A program made the translations under genes and the position numbers. From positions 1 to 59,349 of the forward strand of contig JBHLRJ010000004.1 of assembly GCA_048882645.1 (NCBI GenBank): a stretch of DNA of 59,349 bases, read 5' to 3'. The number at the start of each line of letters is the position of its first letter. Positions within the stretch are counted from its first letter, which is position 1. Source of the DNA: Candidatus Thorarchaeota archaeon. GTDB taxonomy: Archaea > Asgardarchaeota > Lokiarchaeia > Sigyniarchaeales > SOKP01. Under the pieces are notes generated by a model. The model had not been told where the DNA came from, searched no databases, and worked only from the letters and a program-made list of their open reading frames with translations. Below are positions 10,068 to 20,689 of this stretch, piece by piece.

Positions 10068-10217
10068 AAACTTTGAAGTAATTAAAGGTAATATTTTTGA
10101 ATAACTATATAAATTTTTATTATTTTTAATGGTTTTTTAATTCATTATAAATATCACAATTTGTTCTGAGCGTATCATCTATAATATTCTTGCTAATTGG
10201 TTGGAACACCATTTTAA

Positions 10218-10562
10218 TTGAGTAAAGTAAGCCAAAACAAGGCTAATGAACTACATTCAATACTATAGACTAGTGAATTGGAAGGAAAGACCTTGGAAAT
10301 GGCTGAAAATGTGACAAAAATAACATCTGATTTATAAATTTTAAATAAAGGATCAGTTTGGCAAGCTATGGAAATTATGGGATATAGAACATAAATAAGA
10401 GCAGGTTATAATCTTTATCCTTTTGTATCGTATCAAAAATCATCACATGAATTCTTTAAGAGCATTATGGGGGATGTAAATGCTTTAAAAAAAGCTTTGA
10501 GTAAGCGAAACGGTAAATGGGGCGATTATAGAACTTCAAAAGATAAAAGGCAAAAATCATAA
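10218..10562 (+). pseudogene. Degraded gene remnant, resembling an enoyl-CoA hydratase/crotonase C-terminus
   Basis: One frame reads ELEGKTLEMAENVTKITSDL*ILNKGSVWQAMEIMGYRT*IRAG...KKALSKRNGKWGDY, with several in-frame stops and no N-terminal part. Confidence 0.45.
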
Positions 10563-10720
10563 ACTAACAAACCAGTCTATTTTTTCATCATTTTTTTTAT
10601 TTTTTTCTGGTACAAATGTTATTGGGATATTATTCGTATTTTATAAATTAGTCAATTTTTGGTTATTTGATATTTTAACTATTGAAAATAAAATTCCTCA
10701 CTTAATTTATTAAAGTTTTA

Positions 10721-11212
10721 GTGATGACCCTCCAAAACACACCAAATAGGAAGTATGGATTTAAACTTGAAAAAATAAATCCTCAAGAGAGCCTCTTTCA
10801 TGCCATTTACTTTTTAGATTATGAAACAGGTTCCTTGCTCGTAAGTAATCGGTTTTCTGACAATTTGAGTTTTTTAAGAGATGATTTAATTTGTAGTTTC
10901 TTAAACGCAATAAACTTATTCATTAATGAACTAAAAGAGGGAGTTAATGAAGAACTCCAAGAGATTAACTTTAAAGACACAAGGATCTTGTATTAAAGAG
11001 AGGGGAGGTTATTAGTCATTGCTGTTACTAGAAAAACAAATCTACAAATCGAACGGGGTATTATTAGGGAAATTTTGGAGGATTTTTATTTGCGATTTAA
11101 AAATTACATAAACAACTTTAATGGGGCAATAGCACCCGCTATTATAGATTATAAAAAAAGATTAAAAGCCATGAATTTGAATACATTATTCAAATTCAAT
11201 ACAGGTTTTTAA
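10721..11212 (+). pseudogene. Longin-like domain protein with one in-frame TAA at 10994-10996
   Basis: DDLICSFLNAINLFINEL...QEINFKDTRILY*REGRLLVIAVTRK...FYLRFKNYINNFNG continues in the same frame to TAA at 11210-11212. Confidence 0.65.
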
Positions 11213-11228
11213 TTTATGAGTGTAAAAG

Positions 11229-12578
11229 TTATTCCTCTTCAGAATCTTTTTTAGCCTTCTCAACCTCAGACTCGAATTTTTCAACAATTTCTTTTGCTTT
11301 AGTTTTTATTCCTATACGGTGTTCATCATGTTCTTTTTGTTCTTCAATTTCTTTAGTTTTCTTTTCTACTGTGCTTAATATCTTTTCACTTGCTCCCTTA
11401 ATGTCTGGGTGGATTTGAGATCGCTGTTCATCTATTTCTCTTCGTTTTTGGATATGAAAAGCTTTTTCTTCAACCGATTTTTCAATTTGCTCTCCCGTAC
11501 CTTCAATATCGGGATGAATCTGTGACCTCTGCTCATCTAATTCTCTCCGTTTTTCAATCATAAATGCTTTTTCATCAATTGATTTGCTAATAGCATCAGC
11601 GGGCTTTTCTAAATCAGGATGAATGTTAATGTGTTTTTCTTTTTCGCGTTCTATTAAAAAAGCCTTCTCTCCTACTGACTTCTCAATTTGTTCTGCAGTT
11701 CCTTTAATATCAGGGTGCATTTCTTTCCGTTTCTCATCTATATCTCTTTTTCTTTCTATAATATATGCTTTTTCATCGATTGATTTACTAATGGCTCCAG
11801 CTGGTGTGTCTAAATCAGGATGAATATTAATACGTTTTTCTTTTTCACGTTCGATTAGAAAAGCTTTTTCTCCTACAGATTTTTCAATTTGTCCAGCTGT
11901 AGTTTCGATATCAGGATGTAGTTCTTTGCGTTGCTTATCTATTTCCTTTCTTCTCTCTATTAGAAATGCTTTTTCTCCAATAGATTTTTCAATTTGTCCA
12001 GCTGTACTCTCAATGTCCGGATGCATCTCTTTACGCTTTTCATCTAATTCCTTTCGTCTCTCTATTAAAAACGCTTTCTCACCAATAGATTTTTCAATTT
12101 GGCCGGCTGTACTCTCAATGTCTGGATGCATCTCTTTACGTTTTTCATCTAATTCCTTTCGTCTTTCTATTAAAAACGCTTTCTCACCAATAGATTTTTC
12201 AATTTTTTCTCCTGTTCCAGTAATATCAGGATGTAAGTCTTTACGTTGCTCATCTAATTCCTTTCGTCTCTCGAGTAAAAATGCTTTTTCTTCAAGAGAT
12301 TTTTCTATTTTTTCTCCTGTTCCAATGATATCAGGATTAAGTTCCTTTAATTGCGTTTTAGTTTCTTTCTTACGATCCATCATGAATGCTTTTTCTTCTA
12401 TTACGTCCGATATGAGTTTCATAGACTCTTCAAAAGCTTTCTTCCTTTGATCTTCTGTATTTTTTAGATAGATTTCTCTCTCTTTCTTTTCCCTCTTGTA
12501 AAGTTCATCTAATATTTTCTTCTGTTTTTCTATTTCCTCCTTTGTTGGAGGTTCTTCATTCTCACTCATTATTCTCAC
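11229..12578 (-). CDS. Charged tandem-repeat helical protein (~10 repeats of 32-35 aa)
   Basis: Repeat unit HPDIxxTxxQIEKSxGEKAFLIERRKELDEKRKEM. Confidence 0.85.
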   Translation of the reverse strand: MRIMSENEEPPTKEEIEKQKKILDELYKREKKEREIYLKNTEDQRKKAFEESMKLISDVIEEKAFMMDRKKETKTQLKELNPDIIGTGEKIEKSLEEKAFLLERRKELDEQRKDLHPDITGTGEKIEKSIGEKAFLIERRKELDEKRKEMHPDIESTAGQIEKSIGEKAFLIERRKELDEKRKEMHPDIESTAGQIEKSIGEKAFLIERRKEIDKQRKELHPDIETTAGQIEKSVGEKAFLIEREKEKRINIHPDLDTPAGAISKSIDEKAYIIERKRDIDEKRKEMHPDIKGTAEQIEKSVGEKAFLIEREKEKHINIHPDLEKPADAISKSIDEKAFMIEKRRELDEQRSQIHPDIEGTGEQIEKSVEEKAFHIQKRREIDEQRSQIHPDIKGASEKILSTVEKKTKEIEEQKEHDEHRIGIKTKAKEIVEKFESEVEKAKKDSEEE

Positions 12579-12716
12579 GAATCATAAGTTTAAACATCTA
12601 TTTTAATTATAATAGAATATTTGGTATTTATTTCTTTTTAGATTTGATTTTTGAATGGATGTTGAATTAGCTAATAAATCGTTAAATTCAAAAGTATCGT
12701 TAAAATCCTTTAATGT

Positions 12717-13466
12717 TTACTTAATAGGAATAGGTTCAATCGAATCTTCGGGGAGATGTTCCATTAAACTTAACATTGTTAACTTCATAGTAAGCATTTC
12801 CCTAGCTTCAATATGCAATTTTTTTGATATCTCTGAATTTTTGGGTAGATTATATTTTAAAATCAGACGATCTAACTCGACCAATAAGTTTTTTCTAAGT
12901 TCTTCTTGTTTATCTAAGGTAATTTCTTGGGCTTTAAGCCACTCGTCTATATCACTTTTGATTTGTATATCTGTAGCATTAATTGAATTATAATCTACTT
13001 CAAATTCTTTAATACCGCTTAAATCTTTTAGATATTCTTGATCTTGATATATAGGTTTAATTAATAAACCTAAATTCATGATAAGTGGTTCAGTTTCAAG
13101 TTTTTCTAATGACGTAGCAAGAAATTTAAGCACTTGTTCCTTTTGATCGATTTTTGAGTAATTAATATATTCCTGAACAAAATGCATAATTGCATTTTTC
13201 ACTAATAATTCCTCAAAATCAAAAACAGATTCAGGTTTGATTCCAAGAGTATTGAGAATGCAAGTGTAAAGAGAATTCATGAAGGGTTTGATATCTTGAA
13301 ACATTGAAAATTTATTAATAAAATTTAAGATGTCTCCTACAATTTCTAGTTTATCAGTGTCAGGTTCCTCTCTAAAATAGTAATTAATATTTTTTTCTAA
13401 ATCGAAGTCCTCATCAGTAAGGGATAAGGATTGTTTTATCTCAGAATAAATAGAATTTAAATTCAC
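12717..13466 (-). CDS. Hypothetical protein
   Basis: 249-aa acidic ORF, likely helical. Confidence 0.7.
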   Translation of the reverse strand: MNLNSIYSEIKQSLSLTDEDFDLEKNINYYFREEPDTDKLEIVGDILNFINKFSMFQDIKPFMNSLYTCILNTLGIKPESVFDFEELLVKNAIMHFVQEYINYSKIDQKEQVLKFLATSLEKLETEPLIMNLGLLIKPIYQDQEYLKDLSGIKEFEVDYNSINATDIQIKSDIDEWLKAQEITLDKQEELRKNLLVELDRLILKYNLPKNSEISKKLHIEAREMLTMKLTMLSLMEHLPEDSIEPIPIK

Positions 13467-13528
13467 AATAAGTTTATTCGTTAAATATCTTTAAAAAAAT
13501 TTCTTGATTTTTCTGTTAAGGATAGTTT

Positions 13529-14872
13529 TTAAAAAGCGGTAGTAATTAATGCTTTAGTACCGTGTTTTTGGGCTTCTTGTATTATTTCCATTAATCTCTC
13601 GAACGAAAGTGGGACTAAATCTAATGCACTCATACCTGATAATTTAAGTATGGCAGTAACGGTTTCTGCTAAGTTATTGCAATCCCCAGAAAAGAATACA
13701 TTCCTCCTTCCAAATTCTTTTCTTAGTTTTTTACCGACCTCATCAATCGCACAGTATCCTGCTACTAATCCTTTAGTGAAACCATCGGATTTTAGTTGAT
13801 CAATGAGATTATCATCATGACCTTTTCCAATTATTAAAAACCAACCTCCTTTAAATTTATCTCGATGGTCGTTGGCAAAAACTTGTAGAGTCGTTAGTGG
13901 ATTGTTTTGACATCCCTCTCTACATACTAATTTTTTTCCCTTAATAATCTTAATATCATCTGGAAATTCTTGCAACATATCCCACCCATATTTTTCAGTA
14001 TAATCTTCTATATTCTTTCCAATTACGTTAATTTTTTTTAGATTACCCTCTCCTAATCCCCTTTCATATGCAATTTTTAAATGTGGAACATCTTCAATTG
14101 TTAATCCAAATATTCTTGCTCCCACTACATCAACTGCTAATGTATCAGTTCCAGCAATCAAAATATTAAACTTTTTCACAAGCCGGTCTTCCCAAACCGT
14201 CGGAGGGTAATGCCCATTTATTGTTCCTTCAATTCCATCAATAATTGTTATATCGGGTTGAATAAGTTCATATACATCAACAAGTTTTGAATGTAAATTG
14301 AAATTATGATCTTTCCCACGATCTGCATGTTGAGGGTATCCCCATTGATTTTTAATACCAAGAGTTACCCCTGCCATGGAGTGAGTTTTTAGTTTCGGAA
14401 TGTTTATATATGTAATTGCATCTCTATTTTCCATAATTTTAACTATTGTTAAGGGTAATCTGAAGCTTTTTAAATTATAACCGTTTGGGTCTTCTTCTAC
14501 AGAAGGTTTTCCAGTGAACTCAAAAGTATTTGTTTCTTCTTCATCTAGATAGACAATTTCCACACCTAATTCCTCACAAATTTCTTTGTAACCAGTAATT
14601 GTGAAAACAACTCGAGTTAAATTTGCTTGTGTAGAATTTTCCATAACATATACTTTTGCATTTTTTGATTGCAGATATTCAATAATAGCTTTTAATACTC
14701 GAGGAGACGTGTAGGTATGTTTTTTAAAATCTATTCCATTAGGTTTAAGATAAATCTCTTTAGATTCCTTTAAGATAGGACCATTAAATTTTTCAATATT
14801 AGCAAAAATTTTATTAACAGCAGATTTTAATCCCTGATTAGTGTCTTCGATAAAAATTTTAGTCATAATCAT
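13529..14872 (-). CDS. DUF362 domain Fe-S protein
   Basis: LKPN, INIPKLKTH, TLGIKN, IIDGIEG and D.LAVD motifs; C-terminal CREGC. Confidence 0.85.
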   Translation of the reverse strand: MIMTKIFIEDTNQGLKSAVNKIFANIEKFNGPILKESKEIYLKPNGIDFKKHTYTSPRVLKAIIEYLQSKNAKVYVMENSTQANLTRVVFTITGYKEICEELGVEIVYLDEEETNTFEFTGKPSVEEDPNGYNLKSFRLPLTIVKIMENRDAITYINIPKLKTHSMAGVTLGIKNQWGYPQHADRGKDHNFNLHSKLVDVYELIQPDITIIDGIEGTINGHYPPTVWEDRLVKKFNILIAGTDTLAVDVVGARIFGLTIEDVPHLKIAYERGLGEGNLKKINVIGKNIEDYTEKYGWDMLQEFPDDIKIIKGKKLVCREGCQNNPLTTLQVFANDHRDKFKGGWFLIIGKGHDDNLIDQLKSDGFTKGLVAGYCAIDEVGKKLRKEFGRRNVFFSGDCNNLAETVTAILKLSGMSALDLVPLSFERLMEIIQEAQKHGTKALITTAF

Positions 14873-14995
14873 TTCCCTCTAAGTAGATATTTTTTTTTTA
14901 AAGATTTAAAAAAGTTCACTTGAATAATAAAAAATAAGGATTAATTAAATTTTTTTTTTTATATAAGAAGCACTTTTGTATTATTGATTTGCCAA

Positions 14996-15448
14996 TTAAA
15001 TTGGTTGTCCGCATTGATCACAATATTTGGCATCTTCATCGTTTAAAGTTCCACATGCTCTACATTTAATCTTTATAATTTGTTCTTTGCTAGTATTGAT
15101 ATCTAATCCACCTGCACTTTTAATACTTCTTGCCAATGCTTCAGATCCCTTACCAATGATCCGTCCATAACCATTTACTGCCTCTTCTGAGGCGGTGCCT
15201 AAAGCCATTCCTGTTTCTTCATAACCATATCTAATAATTTCTCTTTGATATGCCCTAATGAGCAAAATAAGCGCAATTATTATACAAACACCACCACCAA
15301 ACCAGGATCCAGCTGTGGCACCCCCAAATAACATGAAATTGTTACTTCCAGGGTTGCCCATCGAATTGAGTGAAATAATATAAAAGAATATTCCTGCAAT
15401 TATCAATGAAATACCTATTAATATCATAACGATACCGATTATCTTCAT
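14996..15448 (-). CDS. Two-TM protein with a C-terminal zinc ribbon (may start at ATA 15496)
   Basis: Two hydrophobic helices and KCRACGTLNDEDAKYCDQCG. Confidence 0.75.
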   Translation of the reverse strand: MKIIGIVMILIGISLIIAGIFFYIISLNSMGNPGSNNFMLFGGATAGSWFGGGVCIIIALILLIRAYQREIIRYGYEETGMALGTASEEAVNGYGRIIGKGSEALARSIKSAGGLDINTSKEQIIKIKCRACGTLNDEDAKYCDQCGQPI

Positions 15449-15669
15449 TTTCTTCTTACTTCGAATATTAACATCACTATCTTGTTCAGTTTTTATTAGA
15501 TTTCACCTATTCTTGTTTTTTTTATATTAAGTTATGATATTGATATTTAATATATTAAACATTTTGTTGAGAAAAATCTCCCTGAGAACTACTTTAGTAA
15601 TTACATTTTTTCCTCAAAAATGATCTAAGTTAAAAACTAAAATATTTAAATCTTGATATATATCAACAT

Positions 15670-16257
15670 TTGATATATGTAAAAAAATTGGTAACAATCA
15701 TGGCAGAAGAAATTGCCGAGAAATTTGAAAACGCTATGAAAATTGGATTCATTAGTGCCCTTATTCTAATAGTTCTTGAAAAAGATCCTTCTTATGGTTA
15801 TAACATATGTAAGGAAATTGAAAAGCGTACATTAGGAATTTGGAATCCCCCCTCATCAACAATGTACACTGTACTAAAAGATATGGCAGGAAAAGGATTA
15901 ATCACTTTTTCAGAAAAACAAGTTGAAGGGAGGAATAGAAAAATTTATGATGTTACACCAAAAGGTAGAGAAACATTGAAAATAATGCTTGAAAAGCATA
16001 ATATTATTGAGGATTCAATTCAGACACTAAAAACAGCGATGTTGGGGGATGAGAAGGGTGTTTTACCCAAAGGATATCATAAAATTAGCCCAATCGATCT
16101 AATCTTAAATAGACTGGATGAAAAATCGGATGAAGAGAAGTTAGAATACTTAAATCTTCAAAAATTGAGAATCTCTCAAGATCTATCGAGATTAAATACT
16201 CGACTTCAAAAAATTGAAGAAATAATTAACGATTTAGATAAAAAATTAGATAAATAA
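15670..16257 (+). CDS. PadR-family transcriptional regulator
   Basis: SYGYNI, STMYTVLKDM and RKIYDVTPKG motifs. It heads the ABC exporter operon; the true start may be ATG 15700. Confidence 0.9.
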   Translation: MIYVKKLVTIMAEEIAEKFENAMKIGFISALILIVLEKDPSYGYNICKEIEKRTLGIWNPPSSTMYTVLKDMAGKGLITFSEKQVEGRNRKIYDVTPKGRETLKIMLEKHNIIEDSIQTLKTAMLGDEKGVLPKGYHKISPIDLILNRLDEKSDEEKLEYLNLQKLRISQDLSRLNTRLQKIEEIINDLDKKLDK

Positions 16258-16269
16258 AGGCTCATATCA

Positions 16270-18045
16270 ATGAATTCAGCTCGAATGATTGTAAAATATT
16301 GGTTAAAATCGAAAAAATTTTTCATTTTACAATTTGTATATTTATTCTTAGCAACTATTTTTTACATCATTACTCCTGTATTCATAGGGAACATGGTAGG
16401 AGTGCTTGATCCTAAACTAACTCTTAGTTCTGGAGAACGGATTAGGCAATTTTTAAGAAGTTTTTTTCTAATTATAATATTTTCAGCACTTAGATATATC
16501 ACAAATAGAGCAGCAAGACTTAAAGGTGCGGAGGTATCTACCCGAGCAATTTATCATCTTCGTAATGATATTAGTAATGCAATTTATCGGCAATCATTTT
16601 CATATTTTGATAAGACTGAGACAGGTCAATTAATATCTAGGGCTACCAGTGATATTGAAGAAACACAAATGATATTTGGTATGGGATTAACGTTAGGGCT
16701 TCAATCAGCCCTTCAAATGATAGGAGTTGTGGCGGGATTTCTTTTATTTAGCGTCGAATTATCATTTATCTTAGTAATTACAATTTTATTATCCCTTTTA
16801 ATGTCATATTATATTGCTAAAAAGCTCAAACCGATTTTTTTAGAAACAAGAGAGAGTTTTGGTGAACTAACAAATACAATGAGGGAAAATATTGTTGGTG
16901 CTCAGGTGGTGCGCATGTTTAGTACTCAGAATAAAGAGCGACAGAAGTTTCGAAGAAACAATTCCAGATTTTATGACGCGAGTGTTCAATCTGTAAAATA
17001 TAATTCTTTATACCAGCCTTTAATTTATGTGATAATTGGCTTTATGACAATCGCAATCCTCTTTATTGGGGGAATTAAATATATTGATGGGTCAATGGAT
17101 TTGGCTACGTTAGGCACATTACAAGCATATATTATCTCTCTTAGTTTTCCTTTAATGATGTTTGGACAGATATTATTAGCTTACATCCAAGCGGATGCTG
17201 CACTTACACGTGTTAGGGAGGTATTAGAATCAACACCAGATATTAATGACTTACCAGACGCAATTCCTGTTAAATCTTTAAATGGAGATATTAACTTTGA
17301 TAATGTTTCTTTTGGATATACTCAAGATCATAGAATATTAAAAAATTTATCATTTGAACTGCCCGCAGGAAAGAAATTGGCGATATTGGGTACGACCGGG
17401 TCTGGTAAATCAACGATTATAAACTTAATTCCTCGCTTTTATGAGGTTAATGATGGTAGTATTAAAATTGATAATATCGATATTCGAAGGTATTTGTTAA
17501 AGGATTTACGGAAATACATTGGAATTGTGTCTCAAGAAACTTTTCTCTTTAACAAAAGTATAGCAGATAATATCGCTTACGGAAAAGAAGATGCCACTAA
17601 AGACGAAATAATCCAAGCATCCAAAATTGCTAAATTACATGAATTTATTTCATCATTACCTAAAGGTTATAATTCTATTGTAGGAGAAAGAGGTACAAGA
17701 TTGTCAGGAGGGCAAAAACAGCGTTTATCAATCGCTCGGGCTTTACTAATAAAACCGAAAATATTAATTCTTGATGATTCTACAAGTTCGGTTGATGTAG
17801 AGACAGAATATCAAATTCAAAAGGAATTATTAAGAATAATGAAAGGAACCACAACGATCATCATCACTCAGAGAATTTCTACAATTAGAGGAGCAGATTA
17901 TATTTTAATTTTAGATAGGGGAAGGGTCGTCGGTTTTGGAACTCATGATGAATTGATTAGTTCAAATGTTTTGTATAAACAAATTTATGAAACTTTATAT
18001 CAGAAACAAAAATCTAAAATTAAGCTTGAAATTGAAGGCAATTAG
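16270..18045 (+). CDS. ABC exporter, fused permease/ATPase (heterodimer subunit A)
   Basis: TM domain, GTTGSGKS, LSGGQ, and a degenerate Walker B (ILDDS) and switch (ITQR). Confidence 0.93.
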   Translation: MNSARMIVKYWLKSKKFFILQFVYLFLATIFYIITPVFIGNMVGVLDPKLTLSSGERIRQFLRSFFLIIIFSALRYITNRAARLKGAEVSTRAIYHLRNDISNAIYRQSFSYFDKTETGQLISRATSDIEETQMIFGMGLTLGLQSALQMIGVVAGFLLFSVELSFILVITILLSLLMSYYIAKKLKPIFLETRESFGELTNTMRENIVGAQVVRMFSTQNKERQKFRRNNSRFYDASVQSVKYNSLYQPLIYVIIGFMTIAILFIGGIKYIDGSMDLATLGTLQAYIISLSFPLMMFGQILLAYIQADAALTRVREVLESTPDINDLPDAIPVKSLNGDINFDNVSFGYTQDHRILKNLSFELPAGKKLAILGTTGSGKSTIINLIPRFYEVNDGSIKIDNIDIRRYLLKDLRKYIGIVSQETFLFNKSIADNIAYGKEDATKDEIIQASKIAKLHEFISSLPKGYNSIVGERGTRLSGGQKQRLSIARALLIKPKILILDDSTSSVDVETEYQIQKELLRIMKGTTTIIITQRISTIRGADYILILDRGRVVGFGTHDELISSNVLYKQIYETLYQKQKSKIKLEIEGN

Positions 18046-18058
18046 AGGAGATTTTTAA

Positions 18059-20596
18059 ATGTTAGAAAAACCACACCAAGAAGAATCCGAAGAAGAAAAA
18101 GAAATAGTGCAACCAATGGCTACTATGCGTCCAAGATTTATGATCGATTATGAAGAAAAAGAGCTAGAACATCCAAGAAGAACTTTATGGAAATGGTTAA
18201 TCTCCTACTTAATCCCTTTTAAGGGGAAATTTTTTCTATTTCTTGGCTTTCTTTTAGCAGGTACTATAATAACTGCAATTACTCCTGGGATCTCAGCCAA
18301 TATTATTGATCATGGTATCATTCCTGGAAATTTTTATTATGTTTTGATTATGAGCGTAATCTACTTGTCTTTGATGATTTTTATGGCGATATTTACTTAT
18401 TACTCACAATATGGGATGGGAAAAATCTCTCAGAAAGTAACTTTTGAGATAAGAAACGATCTTTTCTATAAGCTCCAAGAGATGTCACTCACCTACTTTG
18501 ATCGAAAGTCATCTGGAGATACTATGTCAATAGTTACTAATGATGTTACTTTACTTAACCAATTAGTAGGGGGGCAATTTGTCCAAATTATTAGTAGCAT
18601 TGTATCAATTGTCTCGACGATTATTGTAATGTTCGTATTAAACCCATTTTTAGGGTTAATTAGCTTACCTATTATTCCAATTTTCTTATTCCTAACTTGG
18701 ATTTTCAGAAAAGTCGCATTTGGTCTTTTTAAAGAATCGCGAAAAACAATCGGTAGGGTTACTTCTTCAATTCAAGAGAATATCGCGGGTGCAAAGGTGG
18801 TTCAGGCTTATGGTCAAGAGGGAAAAGCATCTTCTGAATTTGATAAGGCTAATACAGCAAATTACAATGCAATGGTAAGAATAAGAAAATATATGGCTAC
18901 TATTTTTCCGTTAATAAATATGCTAACCACTATACTTACTGCTGGCATTCTTTTAGCAGGAGGTTATGCTCTACTTGGCAATGTCTCAATTTTTGGTATA
19001 TCTGTTTCGCCAGGTGTTCTTACGGCATATATCGTTTATTTGGGACAATTCTTCAGACCTTTCATGACATTGATGCAGATACAACAAGTCGTAGAATCCT
19101 CAATGGCAGCAAGTGATCGAATTTATACATTATTAGAAGAAGAAGTTGAAATTCCCGATAGCACTGAACCTAAACATTTTAATGAAGTAAAAGGGGCGAT
19201 CGAGTTTGAAGACGTAAATTTTGGATATATTATTGACGATGCTACTAAGAGAGATGATAAACAGATTATAAAACCATTTCCTTTTACCCAAAATCCTATG
19301 GCTCAAAATCCTATCATGAAACAAGGATTTGAATTAATAAAATCTCTGCCTGAACCATATTCTTCTTTTATTCTCAAGAATATAATGCATATGCCTCAAG
19401 ATATTAGACACAAGTTAATGTTTAATTTAATGAAATGGGAGCCTTTAGAAATTCCAAACAAAATTGATGAGATTCTCGGGGATTTTAGCGTTGCTGTCCC
19501 TAATACTGTATTTGCGGAAAATCACCCAAATTATAAAACTTCATTTGAACCTGAACCAAAACTTCTAAAAGGTCAAATTATGAAAGAAGAAGAAAAATTT
19601 CCAAATTTTTCTATTGATCAAATGGTACCTCCAGAAGGAATAAGAATGATGGTCAAATTTTTAGTAAGAAATTTACAATCTAATGCTCCGATCCAACAGA
19701 GTGGTGGAATGAGAGGAGAGGGAGGAGATATGATGGGTGGCGGAATGAGCAGAATGTCACCTCAATCTATGACCGAAATGCTTGCCAATATAACTATTCC
19801 TCCCGAGATATATGATACAATACCGAAAATAGTTAAAGATGCTATAAACGAACAAAAAATATTGATTCAACATAAACAATCTAAAGGTTATGTGTTAAAA
19901 GATCTCTCTTTAAATGTACCAGCAGGGATCACATTGGCTATTGTAGGTGAAACTGGAGCAGGAAAGACGACCTTAGTTAAACTAATAGCTCGATTTTATG
20001 ACATAAATAGTGGAAAAATTCTTATTGATGGAATAGACATTCGAGAAGTTCGTAAAGAAGATTTAAGAGATTTAATAGGTCTTGTACCCCAAGATGCTTT
20101 TCTTTTCACTGGTACTATCAAAGAAAATCTACTATATGCCTTTGATAACCCTACTCCAGAAGACGAGGAAAAAATGATTGAAGTCTCGAAATTTTTAGGC
20201 TTACATAATTTTATTGATACACTGCATAAGAAATATGAAACAAAATTAAAAGAAAATGCATCAAATATTTCAATTGGACAGCGACAATTAATTGCTTTTG
20301 CAAGAGCATTAATCACTGACCCAAAAATCTTAATCTTAGATGAAGCTACATCTTCAGTCGACCCTTACACCGAATCATTAATACAAGATGCTTTGAACAA
20401 AGCCCGTGAAGGAAGAACAACAATTATAATAGCCCACCGGCTCTCAACTATAAAAAATGCAGATCTCATTGTTGTATTAAATGCAGATAAAAAAGGTATA
20501 ATAGAACAAGGAGATCATGAATCGTTAATTGCTTTGAATGGAAAATATAAGCGACTGTTAGAAATGCAACATAGGGACGTTGAAGTAGACAATTGA
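18059..20596 (+). CDS. ABC exporter, fused permease/ATPase (heterodimer subunit B) with a ~220-aa insertion in the NBD
   Basis: TM domain, GETGAGKT, ISIGQ, ILDEA and IAHR. Confidence 0.9.
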   Translation: MLEKPHQEESEEEKEIVQPMATMRPRFMIDYEEKELEHPRRTLWKWLISYLIPFKGKFFLFLGFLLAGTIITAITPGISANIIDHGIIPGNFYYVLIMSVIYLSLMIFMAIFTYYSQYGMGKISQKVTFEIRNDLFYKLQEMSLTYFDRKSSGDTMSIVTNDVTLLNQLVGGQFVQIISSIVSIVSTIIVMFVLNPFLGLISLPIIPIFLFLTWIFRKVAFGLFKESRKTIGRVTSSIQENIAGAKVVQAYGQEGKASSEFDKANTANYNAMVRIRKYMATIFPLINMLTTILTAGILLAGGYALLGNVSIFGISVSPGVLTAYIVYLGQFFRPFMTLMQIQQVVESSMAASDRIYTLLEEEVEIPDSTEPKHFNEVKGAIEFEDVNFGYIIDDATKRDDKQIIKPFPFTQNPMAQNPIMKQGFELIKSLPEPYSSFILKNIMHMPQDIRHKLMFNLMKWEPLEIPNKIDEILGDFSVAVPNTVFAENHPNYKTSFEPEPKLLKGQIMKEEEKFPNFSIDQMVPPEGIRMMVKFLVRNLQSNAPIQQSGGMRGEGGDMMGGGMSRMSPQSMTEMLANITIPPEIYDTIPKIVKDAINEQKILIQHKQSKGYVLKDLSLNVPAGITLAIVGETGAGKTTLVKLIARFYDINSGKILIDGIDIREVRKEDLRDLIGLVPQDAFLFTGTIKENLLYAFDNPTPEDEEKMIEVSKFLGLHNFIDTLHKKYETKLKENASNISIGQRQLIAFARALITDPKILILDEATSSVDPYTESLIQDALNKAREGRTTIIIAHRLSTIKNADLIVVLNADKKGIIEQGDHESLIALNGKYKRLLEMQHRDVEVDN

Positions 20597-20689
20597 TTTT
20601 ATTCACTACTTTTCATAAGGAATTTAAGAAACCTAATTTAGTATCTAAGTTTTAATTATATAGTGATTAAATTTTAATGGTGGTTTAAA

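Noticed and set aside
10994-10996. Selenocysteine or pyrrolysine recoding
   Set aside because: The codon is TAA, not TGA or TAG, and the context is not a redox or methyltransferase site.
11623-12450. Plus-strand ORFs (66 and 174 aa) with repeated sequence, superficially array-like DNA
   Set aside because: They are antisense shadows of the repeat protein. The repeats vary at synonymous positions and have no unique spacers, so this is not a CRISPR array.
19229-19891. Intein interpretation of the ABC insertion
   Set aside because: No intein splice-junction residues or LAGLIDADG motifs.
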